Shown in pieces: positions 1-6,729 of a DNA stretch of 13,440 bases. A model generated the notes under the pieces. The model had not been told where the DNA came from. It saw only the letters and a program-made list of their open reading frames with translations, and did not search any database. A program made the translations under genes and the position numbers. Every line of letters starts with the position of its first letter. The first letter of the stretch is position 1. This stretch comes from an uncultured Candidatus Saccharibacteria bacterium (GTDB lineage: Bacteria; Patescibacteriota; CAZHWT01), in contig CAZHWT010000017.1 of the NCBI GenBank assembly GCA_964536215.1, forward strand, positions 1-13,440, given 5' to 3'.

Positions 1-89
1 CTCAAATGGCAGCGTTTGAGCCGTGGCTGAGCGTCGGCGCAATCGGGTCTTTGCTTGAGTACACCTTTTAGGCTCTAGCTTGCTATATT

Positions 90-129
90 AGGCAACGGGT
101 ATCCCACTAGGGCCGTTGCCTCATTTTTT
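90..129 (+). terminator. Rho-independent terminator of a + strand gene lying upstream of the window: 9-bp stem AGGCAACGG/CCGTTGCCT followed by a TTTTTT run
   Basis: Stem 90-98 pairs with 113-121. Six Ts at 124-129. Seen directly in sequence. Confidence 0.6.
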
Positions 130-404
130 AGCTGACTCCATGCCAATATCTACAATTTAAGTGATGCGCGCTTATCACACGTATATATCTCACAACGATA
201 TTTATCTCACATTCGGAACGTCGACAACATACTAAGACATTACATTCTGCTAATATATTAATTCGATACTATAGTAGGGTATCCATGTGGCGATCATCCC
301 TTCCTATCGCCTCATTTAGCTGGTCAACTTCAACTTGAAGATCTGATATTGTTTCGCCTTATATAAAGTAAAATCATTATTGGTAGATAGTTAGCATTCT
401 TTTG

Positions 405-434
405 TTGACAACATAACCCATAGTGTGCTATATT
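405..434 (+). promoter_or_regulatory. Sigma70-like promoter for the flotillin gene: -35 TTGACA (405-410), 18-bp spacer, -10 TATATT (429-434)
   Basis: Consensus -35 hexamer and near-consensus -10, about 45 nt upstream of the start codon. An AGGAGAG SD follows at 466-472. Confidence 0.55.
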
Positions 435-478
435 ACGCTGGTCGATTTTGCGACAGCAGTCATATCAGGAGAGATCTG

Positions 479-1858
479 ATGGTACCCGTTGGTTCAATTG
501 TTGGAGTCGTCGTTGTGGCATTGCTCGCAATGCTCGTAATCTTCGTGGTTCGCCTCCGCAGGGTTGTCCCCACAAATATGGTGCACATTGTGCAATCGGG
601 GACAGCAAGTACCAACTTTGGCAAAGGCATGCCGGCCGGGAATGCGTACTACGCATGGCCTGCGGCCTTTCCGAAGTTTGGCGTCTCAGTTCAGGAACTG
701 CCAGTGAGCAACTTCGAGATACCTCTGGTTGACTATGATGCATACGATAAAGATCGTGTGCCATTCATAGTCGACGTGACAGCGTTCGTTCAGATCGCCG
801 ACACTGATGTGGCAGCGCAGCGAGTCTCTTCATTTGAAGAGCTCCGAACTCAGCTCAACATCATTGTTCAGGGCGCCGTCCGCAAGGTTCTGGCCTCGTC
901 TGACATTGATAACATCATGACGCAGCGTTCCACGTTCGGCGAAGCTTTTACCCAAGAGGTAGAGCAAGAGCTAATGCAGTGGGGTGTCAAGCCCGTCAAG
1001 AGTATGGAGCTGATGGACATCCGGGACGCCGAAGGGTCGCGCGTGATCGCCGACATTATGGCCAAGAAAATCTCGGAGATTAACAGGGAGAGCCGTGTCG
1101 CCGTCGCGACTAATGAGCAGGCAGCTCAGATGGCGGAAGTACAGGCCAGGCAGGCAGTTGACCTACGTAATGAAGAGGCCGACCAGGCTGTTGGTGAGCG
1201 TAGAGCTCAACGCGAACAGGCCGTTGGCATTGCCAACGAAGTATCTCGCCAGGAAGTCTTGGAGCTGCAAAAAGTTACCAAGGAGCGGGATATGGAAGTT
1301 CAGCGGATTCAGACGGTACGCAATGCAGATATCGCCCGCGAACAGGCCCTTATTGTCGCCGACCAAGATCGTCAGACCCAAGAGTTGATCGCCCAAGGTA
1401 AACTCAAGGCTAAGGAGCTTGAGGCGCAAGGTATCAAGGCCGAAGGTGCTGCCCGTGCAGAAACCGAGAGGGCTATGCAAATGGCTCCGGTTGAAGCTCA
1501 GATAGTTCTGTCTGAGAAAATCGGTGGCAACGAAGGCTACCAGCGCTTCCTGGCCACAAATAAGGGCCTTGAGGTGTATCAAGTGGTTGGCGCTGAACAA
1601 GCTCGTGCGCTGCAAAGCGCCGACATCAAGGTTATCGCCAACAGTGGCGATGCACCGAGCGGTGTGAGCAATGTCATGGATCTGTTTAGCAGCCAGGGTG
1701 GCACCCAGCTAGCTGCCATGGTCGAAGCTTTTGCTCAGTCAGATCTGGGCAAGAGTTTTTTCGCATTAATGCAGACTAGCAATGGTGCGCCAAACACTTC
1801 GGACAACGTTCAACCGAATGGATCAGAAAATCAGTCGAAGGTTGTCAAGCGGCGCTAG
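479..1858 (+). CDS. Flotillin-like SPFH/band-7 membrane protein (YqiK/FloT-like). N-terminal TM helix, SPFH domain, long Glu/Ala/Gln-rich coiled-coil tail.
   Basis: ORF track 425..1858. I place the start at ATG 479, preceded by AGGAGAG, giving N-terminus MVPVGSIVGVVVVALLAMLVIFVV (TM helix). The SPFH core and EA-rich repeats are typical of bacterial flotillins. The GTG at 425 is a less likely alternative start. Confidence 0.85.
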   Translation: MVPVGSIVGVVVVALLAMLVIFVVRLRRVVPTNMVHIVQSGTASTNFGKGMPAGNAYYAWPAAFPKFGVSVQELPVSNFEIPLVDYDAYDKDRVPFIVDVTAFVQIADTDVAAQRVSSFEELRTQLNIIVQGAVRKVLASSDIDNIMTQRSTFGEAFTQEVEQELMQWGVKPVKSMELMDIRDAEGSRVIADIMAKKISEINRESRVAVATNEQAAQMAEVQARQAVDLRNEEADQAVGERRAQREQAVGIANEVSRQEVLELQKVTKERDMEVQRIQTVRNADIAREQALIVADQDRQTQELIAQGKLKAKELEAQGIKAEGAARAETERAMQMAPVEAQIVLSEKIGGNEGYQRFLATNKGLEVYQVVGAEQARALQSADIKVIANSGDAPSGVSNVMDLFSSQGGTQLAAMVEAFAQSDLGKSFFALMQTSNGAPNTSDNVQPNGSENQSKVVKRR

Positions 1859-1879
1859 CTGCTGTGAACTTTAGACAGT

Positions 1880-1913
1880 CCCCGGGGAGCAATCCCCGGG
1901 GTTTTTCTTTTTT
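1880..1913 (+). terminator. Rho-independent terminator after the flotillin gene: CCCCGGGG-AGCAAT-CCCCGGGG hairpin followed by TTTTTCTTTTTT
   Basis: 8-bp GC stem (1880-1887 with 1894-1901), 6-nt loop, T-run 1902-1913. Confidence 0.85.
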
Positions 1914-2072
1914 ACGACTTCATCTTGTTGATATATTTAATTAATTTTTTAATTGGATCTTTTGAGCGCTGATGTAGCGTAATGTGATGATCACAATTTT
2001 AAATCACCACTAAACAAAGGTGTGAATTTATTCCCTAGCCATGCCAAAGCCTTGTAATAACTAACCTATAGT

Positions 2073-2101
2073 TTGACTATTTTAAATAAATGATGTATAA
2101 C
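2073..2101 (+). promoter_or_regulatory. Candidate promoter for the 2139 gene: -35 TTGACT (2073-2078), 17-bp spacer, -10 TATAAC (2096-2101)
   Basis: Hexamer spacing and sequence. AGGAG SD at 2127-2131 precedes ATG 2139. Confidence 0.45.
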
Positions 2102-2138
2102 ATCATCAGATTGCACGTTCGGACCAGAGGAGTGATAC

Positions 2139-2777
2139 ATGGAAATTTTTCTGTTGGTCATTGGATTACTAGCGGGAGGCGGAGGCGCCTACCTATGGCA
2201 GGAGTTTAAACGCGCCAAAATGGAACGCCAGTTTGCCCTTATCCCGCGAAAGTCTCTCGGTGAGCACCTTGAGATTTCGACTGGCAGTGGGGAGCTGATG
2301 TGTCCGCACTGCAATGGACTCTTAACAGAGACTGTTGAGGCCGCTCTGCTGATCAGCACAAAACATCCCGATCAGGCCGAGGTCAAGGTTTACCGCCATT
2401 ATGCTTCCAAACATCCGCACGCTGAGCCGGTCGGCTTTGGAGCTATGTACCAATTCCAAGATTTTATTTTTCCTTTTGTAGTCCCAATAGCTACACAACA
2501 GGAAATTAGAGGTTGGGTGCTGGCTTCCAAAATCGGCAAAAGCGATATCGAGTGGATAAATAGTCATACTATGAGAGTGTGGGATCCGCTTGTCAATGTA
2601 AGGAGCGGCCAGGCGGCGGACTATCCTGAGGAACAAAGATATCTTGACCATGAACGCATGGCCATAGGGCTCCAGCGTATTCTCAGCATTGATGACCTGA
2701 AGCTCTACGACCCCAAGAGGGAAGACCTTCCTCTTTCCGGCTCATCAGCGACGGCTGCGTTACCTGCGCAGCAATAG
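2139..2777 (+). CDS. Hypothetical membrane-anchored protein: one N-terminal TM helix, a soluble domain with a single CPHC motif, no family recognised
   Basis: 212-aa ORF with a good SD (AGGAG), immediately downstream of the flotillin gene. N-terminus IFLLVIGLLAGGGGAYLW is hydrophobic. Confidence 0.6.
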   Translation: MEIFLLVIGLLAGGGGAYLWQEFKRAKMERQFALIPRKSLGEHLEISTGSGELMCPHCNGLLTETVEAALLISTKHPDQAEVKVYRHYASKHPHAEPVGFGAMYQFQDFIFPFVVPIATQQEIRGWVLASKIGKSDIEWINSHTMRVWDPLVNVRSGQAADYPEEQRYLDHERMAIGLQRILSIDDLKLYDPKREDLPLSGSSATAALPAQQ

Positions 2778-2793
2778 CGTAGCTAAACAATCC

Positions 2794-2828
2794 ATAGGCG
2801 ACTCCACCAGAGTCGCCTATATTTATAT
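2794..2828 (+). terminator. Hairpin between the convergent 2139 (+) and YqeY (-) genes: 11-bp stem ATAGGCGACTC/GAGTCGCCTAT, 5-nt loop, then ATTTATAT. Candidate terminator.
   Basis: Perfect 11-bp inverted repeat 2794-2804 with 2810-2820. The downstream stretch is A/U-rich, not a pure U-run, so confidence is moderate. Confidence 0.5.
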
Positions 2829-2861
2829 GATATAACACCTATGGTGGCGCGTCATTTTTTA

Positions 2862-3239
2862 TTACTGGGCAGGCGAATCATGTATATAGAGGTTTAATAG
2901 GTTAATTTTATATTTCAGGTCTTGGTTGTATGCTGCACCTGTTGAGTCATTAAGACTTTTCCGAACTTCATCCAACTCATTGATTTCTTGTTGTAGGATG
3001 TGTCGGATATCAGCATCGGTTAGCTCCTTGCGAGGCATTTCGGTGGAGCCGGTGCCGGCAGTAGCTCCGGCTATACTACTGTTCAATGCAGTTGAGTTTG
3101 TTTCCGTTGTTGGGATGGCGGAAGCATTGTCTATTAAGGAGATAATTATTTTTAATGACTCAGCCTTGCGTTTGTCTCTGCTTTTCAGCGCTTGCTGCAA
3201 GTCGGAGCGAAGGCGATGGTAGATGTGTTGAGTGCTCAT
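2862..3239 (-). CDS. yqeY: GatB/YqeY domain-containing protein
   Basis: 125 aa. N-terminus MSTQHIYHRLRSDLQQALKSRDKRKAESLKIIISLIDNA and the later ...MPRKELTDADIRHILQQEINEL match the YqeY/GatB-like helical domain pattern. It is the only confident minus-strand gene in the window. Confidence 0.8.
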   Translation of the reverse strand: MSTQHIYHRLRSDLQQALKSRDKRKAESLKIIISLIDNASAIPTTETNSTALNSSIAGATAGTGSTEMPRKELTDADIRHILQQEINELDEVRKSLNDSTGAAYNQDLKYKINLLNLYIHDSPAQ

Positions 3240-3355
3240 ATGTACAGTATTGCATATTGAGTAAGGAGAGTTACGGGCAGACTATGCAGTGCTAAATCAT
3301 TATTATTTGAAACTGTGACTGGTATAGTGTAGATATGTAATTATATGGAGGCCGT

Positions 3356-3532
3356 GTGAAGCTTTTGATTGGGGTGCTTGAAGAGTGGGTCAGTAAATTG
3401 CCTTCGGTACCACGTGGCCAGGAAGAGCGGCTCGATGACATCTCTACAATGCTATCAACAATGTCTTCGGTCGCCCCCAAAACTAAGGTAGACGCCCAGA
3501 ACAATTACCGATTGCGACTGGTTTTCTCCTAG
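3356..3532 (+). CDS. 58-aa GTG-initiated ORF with a GGAGG SD. Its first ~35 nt are a near-identical copy of the start of the P-loop kinase gene at 5184 (VKLLIGV..), after which it diverges. Possibly a gene-start duplication remnant or pseudogene.
   Basis: GGAGG at 3347-3351, four nt before GTG 3356. gtgaagcttttgattggggtg matches atgaagcttttgattggggtg at 5184 (20 of 21 nt identical, differing only in the GTG/ATG start). TTGAAA at 3307-3312 is a possible -35. The downstream peptide has no recognisable domain. Confidence 0.3.
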   Translation: MKLLIGVLEEWVSKLPSVPRGQEERLDDISTMLSTMSSVAPKTKVDAQNNYRLRLVFS

Positions 3533-3824
3533 TCCATTGACGCCCTGATTGGGCGCCATTCATTTTACTATATATCCACATCGAGAATGAGGGTTAATCA
3601 AACCGTAAGCAACTAGCTTTATTTAGTACAAGTAGAGGGCCGATAGCTTTTACGTGTGGGAAGTGAATTGGGGGTTTGAACCATGGAACCGTGCTGTAGT
3701 ATTATAATCCTATAGTTTTAACTTTATTTATTTATACTGCTATAATTTGCCTTGGTGCAGCGCACCCTGGTATTTCCGGATTTGCTGCTATTTGTTGGCA
3801 CAAGTCTACGTGAAAGAATTGAAA

Positions 3825-4418
3825 ATGAGATATGTACGTGCTTTCGGAGTACTTATTTTGCTGCTGCTTCTTATTAGCTGCGGCACTGATAAAAATGAGG
3901 AGACTACTACGGTACCCAGGGCCAGTGCACTACAGCCAACTGCTGCGCCCGCAGATGCCGACTGCAATAAGTCCAAGCAAGTAGTGAAGCCGGATAGTAT
4001 CGGCAATCTGGCGGCCTTCTTTTGCTTGCTAGATCCGCGGAGCACTATATCGCGTCATGGCGATAGCTTTGATATTGTGTCGTATGTGACGATGTTTGAT
4101 CCGTGCGAACACCATGTTTGGGTCCCGGCTGGTTGGAAGTTGGAGGGATATACCCTGGAATATCCGGACGGAGGTGAGACCGAGCCTGTAGGCACAAGTT
4201 TTGGCTGCGCGGAAACAGATAAACCTGCTTTATATGGGCCACGGCAGGTAAATGGATTTATGGGTCGTGGCACATTCACCTATGCTCCAAACGAGACAGA
4301 GTGTCCTCATGACTCCATTTTAGGCTGGCGGGTGATCTGCGTCAGCTGGGAACGTGTGCAACTCCCGATCAGGCCCAAAAGATTTTGGGATGGAAGGTCG
4401 CTGCACAGTCGCAAATAA
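3825..4418 (+). CDS. Secreted lipoprotein of unknown function. Signal peptide with lipobox LLISC, mature part contains 8 Cys (likely disulfide-rich).
   Basis: The ORF track gives 3747..4418. The internal start MRYVRAFGVLILLLLLISCGTDK is a canonical type-II signal peptide and lipobox. Upstream TATAAT at 3741-3746. Confidence 0.65.
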   Translation: MRYVRAFGVLILLLLLISCGTDKNEETTTVPRASALQPTAAPADADCNKSKQVVKPDSIGNLAAFFCLLDPRSTISRHGDSFDIVSYVTMFDPCEHHVWVPAGWKLEGYTLEYPDGGETEPVGTSFGCAETDKPALYGPRQVNGFMGRGTFTYAPNETECPHDSILGWRVICVSWERVQLPIRPKRFWDGRSLHSRK

Positions 4419-4432
4419 TAGGAGGATCGATC

Positions 4433-4543
4433 GTGAGTGCATACTATGATGACACACTCACGGAGTTATTGCCAGAAACCTGGCAAATAGTGAGCGAAGA
4501 TAAAGGACTTTTCAACGTGTTCATTCCCCACAGCTGCAATTAA
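4433..4543 (+). CDS. Small 36-aa ORF (VSAYYDDTLTELLPETWQIVSEDKGLFNVFIPHSCN). GTG start seven nt after a perfect AGGAGG SD, immediately downstream of the lipoprotein gene.
   Basis: AGGAGG 4420-4425, GTG 4433, stop TAA 4541-4543. It lies between the lipoprotein stop and the strong terminator at 4570. It is below the ORF-track size cutoff. Confidence 0.35.
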   Translation: MSAYYDDTLTELLPETWQIVSEDKGLFNVFIPHSCN

Positions 4544-4569
4544 GCTGTTCGGGTTATGCGAAATAGTAT

Positions 4570-4597
4570 AGGCGCCACAATGTGGCGCCTCTTTTTT
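4570..4597 (+). terminator. Rho-independent terminator closing the lipoprotein/small-ORF unit: AGGCGCCAC-AAT-GTGGCGCCT hairpin followed by CTTTTTT
   Basis: 9-bp GC-rich stem (4570-4578 with 4582-4590), 3-nt loop, T-run 4592-4597. Confidence 0.85.
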
Positions 4598-4726
4598 AAA
4601 CGATATTTTGGCTATATGACGTTTTGTGAAGAGCTTAAAGATTATCTTAAGTATGCCGACAAATTTTCAGATATCAGATGTCTACAGCTGCGGCGGTGTT
4701 ACAAGGTTAGCTTTTTTACTCTAATC

Positions 4727-4754
4727 ATAAATGGCTATTTAAATAGCCATTTAT
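4727..4754. repeat. Perfect 28-bp palindrome ATAAATGGCTATTTAAATAGCCATTTAT
   Basis: Verified pairwise, 14 of 14 positions. It sits in an AT-rich intergenic region ~430 nt upstream of the kinase gene. Candidate operator for a dimeric DNA-binding protein, or a cruciform. Confidence 0.7.
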
Positions 4755-5183
4755 TTGCATTGCGAAGCTTGTTTGATGACTTGAATCCTTTGCTCTTCAT
4801 TGAGAGGCGCCAGAGCGACGGCAAATGAGGTGATCCCCAATGACAAGCAACATTTGCTTGCCAGTAAAGTCATGTAGCATGCACATTGTGATTTATTAGA
4901 AATTTTAGCGGTATAATTTATCCCATTGCTCTATTTAAATTGGTATCTAGTTATTATTTTATGAATCTAATGCATAACCGGCTAGATGCCTACCCGAAAG
5001 TAGTTGAGTTCCTGGATGGTGCTTTTAATGTACAGAAGGCATGAACTAAGAAAAAATTAGCTTGAAGTTTAGAAAGGTACAGTCTGTTAACTTCTAAGGG
5101 TAAGCTTACGGTAAGACGAATAAAAGTATTTTTGCCTTGAAGACGGTATCTCAGAGAAGGTAATGGGCCAAAAAAGGATTGTT

Positions 5184-5756
5184 ATGAAGCTTTTGATTGG
5201 GGTGGTTGGAGAAAATGGGGCAGGTAAGAGTAGTTTAGCTCGGCGGGTGCCAGAGCTGGCTGGTACTAAAACATCTGTCGAGGTAGGCAGATTTTCGGCG
5301 ATACTGGGGCAGACGCTGGATATGTGGGGAATTGACAAGACCAGACGAAATTTACAAGAGTTACCGAGAGTTATGGAAATTGGCTTTGGTCAGGGCGTTT
5401 TGTCCAGAGCTGCCCGGCCAATGATTGAGCAGAGCAAGGCAGATATTTATATTATGGATGGGGTGCGGTGGTGGAGCGATTACGAGCTGATTCGGAGTTT
5501 TGAGACTAATCTCATCATTTATGTCACGGCAGATACCACGGTCCGGTTTGACCGCCTGCGACAGCGAGGTGAAAAACATAGCGAAACCGCAATGAGTAGG
5601 GCGCAGTTTGATCGGGAAGAGCGAGCTGAAAGCGAGTTGCAGATCCCAGCCATTGGGGCCAAGGCTGATATTCATCTTTTAAATAATGGCTCGAATACTG
5701 AATTTATCGCTGCCATTGACCAGTTTTTCCAACAATCTATAAGACCGTTACTGTAA
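5184..5756 (+). CDS. P-loop NTPase, nucleotide-kinase-like (dephospho-CoA kinase/CoaE-like fold). Walker A GVVGENGAGKSS, RxxRLxxRG lid, C-terminal AKADIHLLNNGS.
   Basis: ORF track 5163..5756. I prefer ATG 5184 for three reasons: the AAGGA SD sits 5 nt upstream, Walker A then lies at residues 6-17, and the duplicated fragment at 3356 begins exactly at this codon. ATG 5163 has GAAGG only 2 nt upstream. The family assignment rests on remembered motif patterns, not a search. Confidence 0.75.
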   Translation: MKLLIGVVGENGAGKSSLARRVPELAGTKTSVEVGRFSAILGQTLDMWGIDKTRRNLQELPRVMEIGFGQGVLSRAARPMIEQSKADIYIMDGVRWWSDYELIRSFETNLIIYVTADTTVRFDRLRQRGEKHSETAMSRAQFDREERAESELQIPAIGAKADIHLLNNGSNTEFIAAIDQFFQQSIRPLL

Positions 5757-5783
5757 GCGCCGCACCTATTAGTGCGAGCGGTG

Positions 5784-5789
5784 TATAAT
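5784..5789 (+). promoter_or_regulatory. -10 element TATAAT (preceded by gtg) for the Clp_N gene. The -35 is unclear.
   Basis: Perfect TATAAT about 75 nt upstream of the start codon. AGGAG SD at 5853-5857. Confidence 0.4.
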
Positions 5790-5865
5790 GCAGGCACTTC
5801 TGACGGCTATTTTTCTCGGTGCGAGAAAAAACCGACAGTGTATGCATGGCGCAGGAGAGATGACC

Positions 5866-6477
5866 ATGTTGCAGAAAAAGTTGAAGAAGTTCTCAGGTCA
5901 AGTCCAGGAAGCTCTCGTCAATGCTCGGCAAGAAGCAGCGTCCATGAGCTGCAGACAGGTCAATACTGGCCACTTGCTGTTGGGAATCATGAGAGCTCAA
6001 GAGCCAAATGCGGCAACAATGGCTTTAGAGAATGCCGCTATTAGCTATGAGATGCTTCGCCCGCAAGTCGAACACATCTCTGCTAAAGAGAGCCAGGAGT
6101 CGGATGGCGAGGTAGGGCTGACTAATCGATCTAAAAAAGTGATCGAATTGGCAGTAATAGAAAGCCATCAGCTTCAGCAGGACTCGATTCGTTCCGAACA
6201 CATCCTTCTGGCCATACTTCGGGAAGGTGAAGGCTTGGCGGCAATTCTTCTTGAAGCCGTTATGCCCCTTGGCCAACTCCGAGAGAGTGTTGTTCGCCTG
6301 AGCAAGACCGTTGAGCAACCAGTGCCGAGTTGGCGTCCAGATCTTATGACAACAGATCAGATTAAGCATGCTATCGCCAGGTTGCAAGTTGAGGAGCGGC
6401 GGAGGCTAAGTGAAGGAGGAAATGAAGACCTTGCACTAGACACCCCGGAATCTGACCAGGAGTATGTCGGGTACTAG
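5866..6477 (+). CDS. Stand-alone Clp N-terminal (Clp_N/ClpR) double-repeat domain protein with a ~60-aa C-terminal extension and no AAA+ module
   Basis: Two Clp_N repeats: FSGQVQEALVNARQEAASMSCRQVNTGHLLLGIM.. and LTNRSKKVIELAVIESHQLQQDSIRSEHILLAILREGEGLAAILLE... Start taken at ATG 5866 (AGGAG 8 nt upstream). The ORF-track start at 5788 extends through non-coding upstream sequence. Confidence 0.8.
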   Translation: MLQKKLKKFSGQVQEALVNARQEAASMSCRQVNTGHLLLGIMRAQEPNAATMALENAAISYEMLRPQVEHISAKESQESDGEVGLTNRSKKVIELAVIESHQLQQDSIRSEHILLAILREGEGLAAILLEAVMPLGQLRESVVRLSKTVEQPVPSWRPDLMTTDQIKHAIARLQVEERRRLSEGGNEDLALDTPESDQEYVGY

Positions 6478-6624
6478 CCCGACTAGCGCATGGCACCCAT
6501 GCTCATCGATCTGGCTAGCGATTCTTTTGATGGGTGTATACTACAATTTGACGATCCAGTACTGGGTCGCTCACTATGGCTGCACGTTCTCTACCAGGCA
6601 AGATCCTAGGTGGAGCCCAGCACT

Positions 6625-6654
6625 GCCCCGACAGCGTCGTCGGGGCACTTTTTT
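6625..6654 (+). terminator. Rho-independent terminator: GCCCCGAC-AGCGTC-GTCGGGGC hairpin followed by ACTTTTTT
   Basis: 8-bp GC stem (6625-6632 with 6639-6646), T-run 6649-6654. It lies ~150 nt after the Clp_N stop. Confidence 0.8.
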
Positions 6655-6729
6655 AGACTATCAATGCTCTGGTGATTGAGCGTTTAGTGCTCTTTATTGT
6701 CCATTTTATCGATACGCGGCGGCAGATTT

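Noticed and set aside
161-420. Possible chromosomal origin (oriC) with DnaA boxes and an AT-rich unwinding region
   Set aside because: The TATC(T)CACA units deviate from TTATCCACA by an insertion or deletion. There are only about three of them. No dnaA or dnaN is nearby, and the AT-rich DNA is equally explained as a promoter region. Kept as a low-interest finding about repeat motifs only.
448-1615. Overlapping alternative-frame ORFs inside the flotillin gene (448-732 +, 465-764 -, 868-1065 -, 1095-1388 +, 1163-1615 -)
   Set aside because: They are nested within a confidently assigned SPFH/flotillin reading frame. They are Arg/Ser-rich translations typical of off-frame GC-rich coding DNA.
3292-3504. 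70-aa minus-strand ORF
   Set aside because: It is antisense to the SD-equipped 3356-3532 ORF, has no RBS and is overlapped by the upstream promoter-like AT-rich DNA. I prefer the + strand small ORF, itself low confidence.
4556-4828. 90-aa ORF from the six-frame track
   Set aside because: It begins inside the strong rho-independent terminator at 4570-4597, runs through the 28-bp palindrome, has no SD and shows AT-rich, non-coding-like composition. I treat it as spurious.
4960-5043. 27-aa ORF MNLMHNRLDAYPKVVEFLDGAFNVQKA in the spacer upstream of the kinase gene
   Set aside because: It has no SD, an AT-rich context and no supporting features. Far too weak to annotate.
5772-6044. 90-aa ORF overlapping the start of the Clp_N gene in another frame, and the 5788 upstream extension of the Clp_N ORF
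   Set aside because: The -10 TATAAT at 5784-5789 and the AGGAG SD at 5853-5857 place the real start at ATG 5866. Upstream codons are promoter DNA.
6586-6625. Possible SRP (4.5S) RNA. The ACCAGGCAAGATCCTAGGTGGAGCCCAGCAC stretch resembles E. coli ACCAGGUCAGGUCCGGAAGGAAGCAGCC.
   Set aside because: The resemblance is loose. The expected GNRA tetraloop (GGAA) closed by the conserved helix-8 pairs is absent, and the segment lies in the 3' UTR ending at a terminator. A covariance-model search would be needed. I do not call it.
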